A DNA stretch of 64,000 nt, from contig NC_092396.1 in NCBI RefSeq assembly GCF_030028105.1, positions 19,365,820 through 19,429,819 of the forward strand, read 5' to 3'. Origin of the DNA: Mobula birostris (lineage: Eukaryota). The notes beneath the pieces were generated by a model. It did no database searches. It saw nothing but the letters and a program-made list of their open reading frames with translations, and was not told where the DNA came from. Position numbers and translations under genes: made by a program. Positions 13,201-25,200 of this stretch are shown here, piece by piece (position 1 is the stretch's first letter; each line of letters opens with the position of its first letter).

Positions 13201-16200
13201 CCTAAAGGAGAACCTGCAGGTTAAGTTGATGGTGCCAAAGACAAATACAATGTTAGCATTCATTTTGAGAGGACTAGAATATAAAAGCAAGGATGTAATA
13301 CTGGGCTTTCTAAGGCATTGGTCAGACCAGACTTGGTGTATTGTGAGCAGGTTTCAGGCTCCTTATCTAAGAAAAGCTGTGATAGCATTGAAGAGGGTCA
13401 AGGAATGAAAGGGTTAATGTATGAGGAACGTTTGACGGCTCTGGGCCTGTACTCACTGGAGCTTAGAAGAATGATAAAAGGCCTAGATAGTGTGGATGTG
13501 GGGAGGATGTTTCCTCTAGTGGGGGAGTGTAGGACAAGAGTGCACAGCCTCAGAATAGAGGAATGTCCATTTAGAACGGAGATGAAATTTCTTTAGCCAG
13601 AGGGCAGTGAATCTGAGGAATTCATTGCCACAGGTGACTCTGGAGGTCAAGTCATTACGTACATTTAAAGCAGGGGTTGATAGGTCTTGCTTAGTCAGGA
13701 CATCAAAGGTTATGGAGAAAAGGCAGGAGAATGGGATTGAGAGATAACTGCCAAAGCAGATCGATCGACTGAATGGCCTAATTCTGCTCCTATGTCTTAT
13801 GGTCTCACCCAGTTTCAGAATGTGAAGGAATCTCCTGCCAAACAGTTCTAAAATGCATTTCTCTCAGATTGCATTCCTGAGATATTTTTGTAATAATTTT
13901 TGCAAGTTATGGTGATGAATTGTTTTGACCTCAATTTAATATCTAACATCTCCCCTTGCTCCCTCTCCTCATATGCTGAGTTTATTGACTCCAGGCTTCT
14001 TCGGTTGACCGGTCCAATAACATAAGAGTGGAAAAGCAGTATATTTTTAACATATTTTCTTGTTAGATGTTTGGAACTGCAGATAATGTGATACAGCAAA
14101 ATCCAATGAGGTCAAGAAAAAGAAATAAAAAACAATCTGAGGGATATTGGGTGCTTACTTACCACTTTGGTTTAGGTATGTTCCAGAGGGACAATCTTCA
14201 CAGCTGAAGCAGCAAGGAAAAACCCCTCTTGGGACTTTCTTCTGCCCTAGTTCACAGTTTGCTGAACAATTAGAAAACGGGACCTGTTGGATAAAGAACA
14301 CAAGATCTCGTTATAAGCTCTGCAAGGGGACCTAGTTAATATCCTTAGGGATGAATTATATTGTGGGGTGTGGTGGGATGGGATGGGAAAGACGGATTAG
14401 CTGCTATGTTTGATCATTGTAACTCAGCAGAACAACTGTTTGGAAAATAAAGCAAAAACTTTGCATTTTTTTGTGGAATTGCCATGTACCTCCACAAAAC
14501 AATTCAGAAATTCACTCGCAATAGATTTCTCCCCACAGCTTCTTGTTTTAGTGTCACGGTATTGTTTGCTGAGAGCTGTGAATCCCCTGGCATTCCCTCA
14601 CACCAACAACACACATCAAAGTTGCTGGTGAACGCAGCAGGCCAGGCAGCATCTCTAGGAAGAGGTACAGTCGACGTTTTGGGTCGAGACCCTTCTTCAG
14701 GACTAACTGAAGGAAGAGCTAGAAAGAGATTTGAAAGTGGGAGGGGGAGGGGGAGATCCAAAATGATAGGAGAAGATAGGAGGGGGAGGGATGGAGAAGA
14801 CAGGTCCAAAATGATAGGAGAAGACAGGTCCCTCATACCATTAGTTTTCATTATCCAATCTAAAAATAACTGGGAACTCTGAGCTACTTCCCACTGAAAA
14901 TATGAAAGAGTTGTTGCCTAGAAATTGAATGGCAATGATTTAGATGCATTTAGGTGTCATGCACGGTGGGCAAATAAAGCATTGTTGGGCGCTCACATCG
15001 CAAAATTCAAAAATGTGTTTTGCCCAAGTCTTCATGTGTTACTGATTTGACTTTATTCATGGAACAATTTTTCAGATGACTCCAGATGCAGATTGCAATT
15101 AGATTTGTAAGGGATAGAGGCTTGTGAAGCGGCTGAGGCTGGCGAATGATAGGAGAACAATCAGAAGGGCAGGAGTCAGCTCGGACTTCGGGTGAAGAGT
15201 GAAAGAAGAGAAAAGTCGCATTTAAGTGCTGAGGATAGATAGATTAGATGAGGAAGGGACAGAGCAAAAGTCAGTGTGCGAGGCTGGGGTGAAGAGAGGA
15301 AATGGTAGGACATGGGGTGAAGTTAAGTCAGCCAGTAGTGTAGTAGCATCCGCACTGGGCTTCGAGGCAAGTGGTCCTGGGTTCGAATCTGGCCAGCACC
15401 TTGCACACTTTCCATCTGTGCTAGGTTGAGCGTCGGGCTGGCAACTCGGTCTCATAAAAAAACAAATGCTAAAGAAGCGGCAAGGTTTCCACCCATTGCG
15501 CCACAAGGCGTGGAGAGGACTATCATGGGGTGAAGTTAAGCTGTGTAGGGTGGCACGTTACTCCAGCGAAACACTTAACAGAAGATCAGGATTCAATTCC
15601 CACTGTTGTCTGTAAAGAGCTTGTGTGTTCTCCCCATGACTGTGTGGGTTTCTTCCGGGTGCTCCAGTTTCCTCCCATATTCCAAAGCTGTTCGGGATTA
15701 GTAAGTTGTGGGCATGCTATGTTGGCACTGGAAGCATAGCAACACTTGTGAGCTGTTCCCAGCACACCCTTGGACTGTGTTGGGTCATTAATGGAAACAA
15801 CACATTTCATAGTGTGCCTCAAGGTATATGTGACATATAAAGCTGATCTTTTATCTTGTGATGTGAGACGCGACCAGCAATGGCTGTGGTTGGGCTGCCA
15901 AGTTGGACCATTGTATTGGTAAGAATATTACTCAAAATGGACCAAGCTGAGTTGTGTTCCCAGCATCAGACTCCCCAGCCTAGGTTTTGTTCAGATAGGT
16001 CTCTATAAACAATGACAAAAAAGGCTATACAATTTGCCCACCGTGCACTACCCCTAAATGTATCTATATGGTTGTATCTAAATGTAGCTAAATATATCTA
16101 AAAGGATATATCTCAATGTACCTAAATGATATCTAAGTGTATCTAAATGGGTGCCATTCAATTTCTAGACCACAACTTTTTTATATTCTTGGTGGGAAGT

Positions 16201-19200
16201 AGCTCAGACAGGTAGTCACTTTTTAGACTGGGTAATAAAAACTATTCAGGCCTACTTCTGTATGATTTATATATTTGGATTTCTGAATACCAATTGATTC
16301 ATTGTAATGGAAAATCAATCCTGGAAATCTGAAACAAAAATCACTAAACACTGGAAACATTCAGCTGATCCTGGCAGCATTTGTAGAAAGAGAAATAAAA
16401 ATGTTCCCTCTGTTCTATTCATCTTTCCTCTACCTTTCAGCAGCTTAAAACTAATTTTTTTGCTTGTTTTCCCAGTTCTGTTGAAGGGCTGTCAGCCTGA
16501 AATGTTAACTTCCTTTCTCTTTCAAAGATGTTGCTTGCTTGCCGACTGTTTCCAGCATTTTCTGTTTTTCATATTGTAGTTCCTGCTTCTCTGTTCTTTA
16601 AATGGACTGTGTTTTCTGATAAATTGATCTTTGCTACACAATAAATAATTTTCTGTGAGTCATACACCCTAGGGTTTGATATAGTGTACTAAAACCTTCA
16701 GGATTGCTTACTGGCGAGGCAATGCTTTCAAAGTCTTATCACTTGTTATATGGGAAAGTACAGCAGCACATTTTCAAAGAGCAATGCTGGAAAACCTTTG
16801 GGAGGTACATGATCTGATCATCTGTTATAATGCTTTTGGCTAAAGGATGTAGTAACTCCATTGCACTTCTCTCAAAGGCACCCAAAGACTCACCAGAGAG
16901 GGCAGACAGCTCCTCACCTTAAGATCTTATTCTAAAGGTAATATCTCCAACCGTCTAGAATTCCCTCAGTGTAATACCATGTTGTAAGTCTGAATTATAT
17001 ACTCAATTTCTTGAACGTTAGCTGGAATCCCTACTGACTCAGAGGTAATAATGCTACTTAAGAGCCAACGTTAATGCCTGGATTCGTGCATCTTATTAAT
17101 ATACAAGTGCAAGCCTTTTTGACAAGCAAAAGAATGAATTTTTAACTGAATTCTCACCAAGTTATCTTCCCAATTCCAGTGGATCAAGGATGGATCGATG
17201 CTGATCTTTCTAGCAGATGGTATGTATGAACCAACAGACTTAAAGCGGACTCCAGCTCTCGTCCATTCCCATGAAACAATGTCATAGCCAGTTGGTGGGT
17301 CTCCATTCTCATCAAAGTAGAGAGTGTAATCTTGAAGCTTAAATTTCACTGTCTTCAATCTGCTGAGCAACTGACAGACAAGTTTTAAACTGACTGAATG
17401 CAAGTAGATGACATCAAAATTGGACTTGGGAAGTTTAACCAAGATGATTGAAATGGCGGAGTGGACTTGATGGGCTGAATGGCCTCATTCTGCTCCTATG
17501 TCTTATGATTGATATTGTTTGTAATTATGCTCTCTTCATTACTAGAACTGTAAACGTCATCTCTTTTTGGTTCATATTATTTATTTCTTCTTGCCCAGTT
17601 TTACTTACCCAGTACCTGGTATTGTTTTCTGTCTTGGTTTCTTTCTTGGGTTCTTTCTCTTTATGCTAAATTAGTTGCTGAAGGCTAAGGATTTGGAAGT
17701 TAAGTTTATTCGTTAGGATAAGGTTTTCAGGATAGATTAAGGCAATATCTGAGGTTTGGTGATTTCTTTTTAAAAGCAGGATCTTACCTACCACTGGGAC
17801 AATTTTTAATCCAGTTGGCTACCTCATGCTGGATTCCACATAATCACATTTTCAGGACTAGCCTACCATGCAGGGACTGATCGAAGGCTTGGCCAAAGTA
17901 CCACTCGTGACATGGAATTTATAGCTGAGGCTGTTCCCATACACCAGCTTCCTTTGTCCCTCTGTGTAATGAGAGTTCCTGTTTTGGTGGATGCTTCTGA
18001 AGAAGATTGGGTGTATTGTTTCAGTGTATTTTGCAGGTGGTACCTATCATAGCCAGAGAGAATAATTTGCAGGTGGTACCTATCATAGCCAGAGAGAACA
18101 AATTAACTATTCAGGGTGTTGGATGGGGTATAAATATAAATGCTATTGACTGGAGGCAGGGAAAGATCGTCAAAATGAGATACAAACCTAATGGACTCAT
18201 CCTTAACAATCTACCTACTGTCAATACATGACTGTTTTGCTAGACGGGACACTGCCCAACTCCCATCCATATTTATGATACTCCAATGTCTTTCTTTGGT
18301 TTTTTTTGGTGCGTGCCTGCGTGCGTGTGAGTCTGTGCGTGTGCGTCTGCGAGTCCGTGCGTGCGTCCGTGATGGTGTCTTTTTCATGGCTTTTACAAGG
18401 CGCGGAGCGAGAGAGAGAGACTGTGTGGGTGCCACTCCTCACACAGACATTTTCGCAGTATTTTCCCTTTATTTTACAAGGTCGAGTTGCGATCTCGACA
18501 CTCAACCCAGCACGGATGGAAAGCGTACTCGGGAGCAGACCCGACTAGTCTCGAACCTGAGAACCTCCGCTCTCTGGTCCGGCGCCGATGTCGTTGCACC
18601 ACCAGCCGGCCCCTCCAATGTCTTTCTAAAACAGACAGATTCATGACAGACCTGGGAGATCAGAACTGAGTGCCAACAAGGCACAATGGACTATGAGCAA
18701 AGGAACTGTGTTTCATCACAGCCTGGTAGGTCCTTTATTCTCCAATTCCATCAGACCAAGAGAGCAACCCTGCTTTAATAAAAAGTGTGAAAGAGCATTG
18801 CAGGATTAACATTGGTAAAACAGTGAAGCTACAACATATGACTCGACACATGCTATATAGTGACAGCAGCATGATATAGACTGACCCGCATACTCAGAAA
18901 TAAAGGGCTAGAGGCTCCAAAGACCTGCCAGATCCAGGCATGACTGGTGAATGAAAAGAACACACAGAAATAAGAACAGGCACAGGCCTCATGACCTCCA
19001 CCTCATCAAAGTTACTCCTCCATTCAATACAGTCATGGCTGATTGAAGCTAGTCCTCAACTCCATTTCTGTGCCAAACCCCTGTAATCCTCAATACCCTG
19101 ACCTTTCAGAAATGAATCTACCTCCGCTTTAAACACTCCGAATAAGCTATCCTCTACGACTCTCTGGCTAGGAAATTCCAGAGATTCACTGCCATCGGCA

Positions 19201-22200
19201 AGAAAAATCATAGCCCTCTCTTAAAGAAACATTAAAATACTAGCTTCATTCTCTCGAGGTCCAACGCCTACCTTATTTCTCTAAAGGTCCCAAACCTACT
19301 CTTTTCACTTTCTTTGGATTTTTATATCCATAGCAACACATTGATATTACGCACAGGTTTTCACACAAAATCAATTTTCTCCCTCCTTCTGAGTTTTCTT
19401 TTGCTCCTGGATTCTTCAAATTTCCCAGACCTCTGACCTACCACCAGCCCTCACCACTCAATTTAACCTTATTCTTAACTTCCTTTGTTAACCACAGATT
19501 GTGCCTCTTTCTGACAGGGATAAATTCCTGCATAGTGTTACAGACCAGCCATTTGAATGCCTATGACTGTTCATCTCCTGACCCATTTTCTCACATATTT
19601 TCCTAGTGCACCTTAAACAATTCTGCCTTCATGCGATTATAATTCCCCATAGTTAAGTTGAAGAAGATCCCCCCAAAAAACTTTCAATGTGCAACCAAGA
19701 GGCTGTGGATTCCTGAATCTGGAGGAGCTGGGGGAACACAGCAACTCTCTGACTGCTGAGTTCCCCCAGCATCTTGTTTGTTGTTTCAATTTCTATCATA
19801 TTGTAGTCACTATTTCCTAAGCGATCGTTAACCGCAAGATCTCTTATAAATCCTTCCTAATTACTAATGACCAGTCCCAAATAACCTGTTTTTGGATAGG
19901 TTCCATAACATATTGTTCAAAGAAAGGATCCCAGAATTACTCCACAAAAATGGTTTTTCTACAAAAACCTTGCAGGTTTGGTTCATCCAATCTAATAAGT
20001 AGATTAAAATTTCCCACGACAATTGCAGATCCTTTCAAACATATCTGAGGTATTTCTCCATTTGTGCTACACCAGGTCAAGAGGTCATATTTTGGGGGGC
20101 CTATAGACTTCTCCCAACCTTGTCTTCTTTCCTTTGCTATTTAAGATTTTAGTTCATACTCATATGCTTCGTCTATGCTTTCGACTGCTTTAATTTGCAA
20201 CTGCTGCATCGTTCAAATAAAGGCAGAAGCTTTGAATTTTTTTACAGTGTTTGCTAATTCTGTGCCTCTACTTTTGATAACTTTTTCTGCCCCAGCTTTG
20301 CCTGTCCCCCTCACTATCCTATTCTTTTGATTTCCTCTAGATTTAGTAAACATCCTGCTCTTGGAAACCTGCCACCTCCTGTTTCGTTTGAAGCCGTCTC
20401 TACAACACAGCTGATGCAAATTGCCAGGATACCTGTCCCAGCAGAATTCAGGTGAAGCCCACTCTAACAGAGCAGCTCTCCCCTTCCCCAGTATTTGTGT
20501 CTGTGCCCCATAAATCAGAAACTATTTCCACCACACCGTGCTTTGAACAGTTCAGCTACCTCTCTAATCCCATTTACCCTTTGCCAATTTACACATGCTT
20601 CAGGTAATATTCCAAAGATTTATCACCCTCGTGGTTTTGCTTTTCAATTTTGCCCCAAGGTCTTCATTATTGCTGAGCAGGAACTTCCTTCCTTGACCTA
20701 CCTATGAGGTTAGTCCTATGTGAACCACGGTAACTAGATCCCCACCATATCCCACACCATGTTCTTCTCCAGACCTGAACAGATATCATTAATCCTAGCA
20801 TCAGCCAGGCATATAGCCTTTGGGACCCTCTGTCTTTGCAGCAGAGAACAATGTCTGTTTACCAATGCCATTTTCTATGACCATTATTCTCTTTTATTCT
20901 CCCATTTTAACAGCTCCCCGTAGCTTGGCGCCCTGAACTATTTTCACTTCCTCTCTACGGCCCCAACACTTGTCCAGACAGGGAGTGTGGACCTTGTATC
21001 TATAGGACAAAAGTAAGGGCTGAGTTTTCACTGGAACTACCCTTGGGATCCTTTTGCCTCTTTCTTCTGCAGTCACACTGTTCTGTCCCTGACCATTCAC
21101 CAGTATAGAGGTAATTAATCTAAGTGGTGTCATTCCCCCTCCCTGTGTCAAAGTGCCTGGAGCTTGGACTCCAGCTCATCAACCCTAAGCTGAAGGTCCT
21201 CAAACGGCCAACACTTGCTGTAGATATGGTCACTGTTTCATTGTTTACCAAAATAGAGCCTATTAGGTCATATATGTTGCGACTGCAATGGATTGCTTGC
21301 CCTGCCACCTGTTTTATTAATTCCTTGAAACACTGGACCAATCAGAATAAGCAAACTGAAAATAAAAGATAAATACCCACTAGTCACCCACGTGGAGGCT
21401 CCCAGTAGGTGACTACTTGTCTGGGAGCACCTAGCTACAGTACTTAAAATTTGCACACCACAATTAACTTTGTCTCCAGCCAAGATATCTCAGCAACAGC
21501 CACAATACTGGCATCACTGTATCAGCTGAGTGATGGAAACCATTATCTACACTTCCATCAACTGGCACATTTCTCAACAATAACTTGATCGCTAATGCAT
21601 AGCTTGGATTCCACCAGCTCTGGACTTCAGTGCGTCCTTGGTCTAAACAAGGACAGAGGTGCAGAACTCCAGTTTATTCAGATCCAGCTTTCCGCCCCTT
21701 CGAGCTGCGCCACCCAGCATCCCCTGGTTTAATCTTAGCCTGATCATGGGACAATTTACAGTGACCAATTAACCTACCAACTGGTATGTCTTTGGTTTGT
21801 GGGAGGAAACCAGAGCACCCGGAGGAAACCCATGTGGGTATGGAGAGAACGAACAAACTTTTAACAGGCAGTGGTCGGAACTGAACCCAGGTCACCAGTG
21901 CAGTAAAACATTGTGCTAACTACTCTACTGAGCCATTCCCTTCAGTTCACCCTTCATTTCAAATCAGTGTGGCATCAAGGAACTGAGTAGCGATCATGTC
22001 GATGGGAATTAAGGGGAAGACCTTTCTACTGGCGAATCATTTGTCATTTCCTGGCACAGAGGACTGCTGTAGTGGTTGCTCCAGAGCACTGCTGAGGATT
22101 CCCTCAGGACAGCGTTCAGTTCCAAATGACCTTTCATTGCTCCAGTGAAAGAATACGCTCTATTATGACAGAAGTGGGTCATTTGCTGATGATTGTATGA

Positions 22201-25200
22201 TTTTCTTTTCCACACCCAACTCCTCAGATAATGTAATAATTAGCAATGCTGTGCAATACGAATGAGAGGCTTGGGTTCCCATGTGTCAAATAACACGCCT
22301 GCCACCAAAGTGCCTGATAACAGACATTTCCTCCATGTGAATGCCTAAAGCTCTCCCACTGAGAGTTAACAGTATTGAATTCACCACTGACCAGAGTTCT
22401 AAATGGAACAGAACTGTGACTACAAGCGCGTTAGAAACAGGGCATTCTGTCTGTCCGTATGATTCTTCTCCTGATACCCTGAAGCCTTTCCGCCATTTAG
22501 GAGGCACAAGTCAAGAGTGTGATGGAATGCTCTGTACTTGCTTGGAAGGGGGCAGGTCCAATAATATTCAGAAAGTTTAGTATCATTCAGGACAAAGCAG
22601 AGCACTTGAATAACACCAAACTTACCAACTTAAACATTCACCCTCTCCACGATCAATAAACCTGGCTTTGATTTATATCAATAAAAAATGTGAGATTGAG
22701 TGGAATAAAGAATAATAGTGATCGAGTACAGAATGAGAAATTGAGATTGAAGGATATGACAAGATTGGGCTGAATAATATAATGGGCAAATGACATTGAA
22801 GGAGAAAGAAAATAGGTGCGACTTAGGGAAGATTAAGAAGATTGAGAGCTAAATTAAGAAAATGGACAGTATTGAAGAGTGCGACGAGTAGTCAGGTTTC
22901 GTAGATAGAGTAAAGATATGTCAAATTTCTAAGAGCTTTGACCAAACTCTTGCTCTGTAGAGAGCATTCTGATTAGTTGCAACACAGCCCGGAATGGAGT
23001 CTGCAATGTACAAGATCACAAGAGGCTGCAGAAGGTTGTCTACTCAGTAGCTTCATTCCAAGAACAGTGCTCAGTGCTCCCCAACATCAAGGAAATCCTT
23101 TCTGAGGCACAATCATTAAGGAACCTTATCATATGGAACATGCCCTCTTTTCATTACTATTGCCGTGGATAAGGTACAGGATTCTGAAGACCCACACTCA
23201 GTGATTCAGGAATAGCTTCTTTATTGCCATCATTAGATTTCTGAATGGCCCACAAACCCATGAACACTACCCCCTTGCGACACACACAAAATGCTGGAGG
23301 AACCCAGCAGGCCAGGCAGCATCTATGGAAAAAAGTGCAGTCGACGTTTTGGGCCGAGACCCTTCGGCAGGACTGGAGAAAAAAAGGCTGCCTACCTTGA
23401 TGAAGTTTAAATCTTCCTTTCGATGGGAGTTCAGTGAGCCCCTCTCTCACTGCTCCCCCTCTGTGATCCCCGCTGCTCTCTCTTTCCATAGATGCTGCCT
23501 GGCCTACTGAGTTCCTCCAGCATTTTGTGTGTGTGTGTGTGTGTGTTGCTTGGATTCCCAGCATCTGCCGATTTTCTCTTGTTTGTGATTTGAACACTAC
23601 CTCCTCATTCCTTTTTTGTAACTGTTTATTTAATTTATATTTTATAGTAATTTTAATTCTTTGCACTATGCTGCAGAAACAGAATTCACATCATATAAGA
23701 CAATGTTAACAAACTTGTTTCTGGTGTTGAAACAGATAGTGTTGGAAATTTAGGACGAGGAGTAAGAGGAGGAGATAAAATGGAGAGATATGATGTGAGG
23801 TTAAATTGAGGGATGAGGTTGAGGGAACACTGAGTGTGGATGGGATCGAGGCCTCCATTGGTCAGGTCAACCATGGATGCTGCATCCTATCTCAGTACGC
23901 AAGCCAGGGCAGTACAATAAGGAGAGCAAGCTGTTGCCCATGCAGCAGGCTACCCCTATCCCTGCAGTTGATGGTTCGAAAGGAATGGCAGAAACCAATA
24001 CAAATTGGCACCAGTGGCTTCACAGGGGTTGCAGTCATGTTGAACTCAACATTGGACTGTCTTCAGGACTCCAGCTTTGGAATTTTCCTTGCGTTTACTC
24101 GTGACGTCTTCATCACGAGTGGGTGTAGCCGCAAGGCCACGAAGGTTTGAGGCCAACGTTTTTCTCCTCATAGATGAGCTGCCAACCCCTAAGCAATTGG
24201 TTTTAAGGTGCCAGGGTCCTGCCTTTGCCCTTCTCCTGTCAGTAGAAATGTTAAGGCTAAGCCACCATTTCAAGGCCAGGAGCTGGTCTTGGGTTGTCAG
24301 AAGCTACTCAAGACACACACCAATGGGAGCATTTAATAGGCTTGTAGGAGCTTATCCCCACAATCCCCTCGCTATTCCCCTCCTCCAGACCAACTTTAAG
24401 GAACTGTGGATGGGATGGATGTGTTAAAACTAGGACAGGTTTGTTGCATTTAACAAACTTTTCATGCTTCTAACAATTTCTGAGCTCTCATACCACTATG
24501 TAAGTGAGGACCACACCTTACCTGCCATGGGAGGACACTTTGTGTTTTATCAGAGCGTGTTGTGTTACACTGGAGCAGACTATGCAAACCATAGGCGACA
24601 GCATATACAGCTGAGTATACATTGTATGAGATTCTCTTCTCCACATTGTACGATGAAGAGTTTAAGTACTTAGCCCACTGCCAATGACACTCGCTACATC
24701 CTTGATCACAAGTGCTTCTGGAGCTGACACACTCTCCCATCTCCAGGTCTGGCATGATCCATGAATTAATGTCGTTCCGAGATTTGTCTAGGAACTCCTT
24801 AAAGTGGGTCATTTTCCCTTCCTTAACTGCAATGCCTATAACAGTCCCAATAGTCTCAATATTTGGTATGTTTGCTATCTCCTCCGATAATGAAATAGAT
24901 TCACTTATGATCCATACTTTGGGAGTAAGTTTTCGAGCCACGACAATACTGAAAAACACATGTGCTATTGAGGGATTGGAAAAGAGGATAGTAACATTAA
25001 CCGTGGTACTGATATTGTTGATGGTTTGGGTGATGATCTCGGGTGAAGTGGTGATGATACCCTGATATGCAATGCAGATCCCCATTGCTGAGGCCATCTC
25101 CACCACTTTGCTGACTGCTTTGTGCCCATATTCATTATCACTACCAATGACAGCAACCCAGTTCCAGCGGAATTCCTGGATCAGCAAAGTCATGGCTTCT

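Larger units (their letters stand above)
7700..13806 (+). mobile_element. Decayed CR1 (HER1-like) LINE split into 7700-9433, 12372-12565 and 13198-13806 by two insertions
   Basis: ORF1 esterase YKKDGLHLN, endonuclease remnants, RT motifs PGLDGLH, NYRLVSL, YLDFQKAF, GVPQGSV, and the 3' tail aatggcctaattctgctcctatgtcttatggtct. Confidence 0.85.

Noticed and set aside
15327-15400. tRNA-like A/B boxes (also at 18540-18612, 21870-21925, 42319-42390)
   Set aside because: No cloverleaf or acceptor stem, and each continues into a SINE body, so these are not tRNA genes.
18030-18098. 36-bp direct repeat resembling a CRISPR repeat
   Set aside because: Only two adjacent copies, no spacers, eukaryotic context; a simple tandem duplication.
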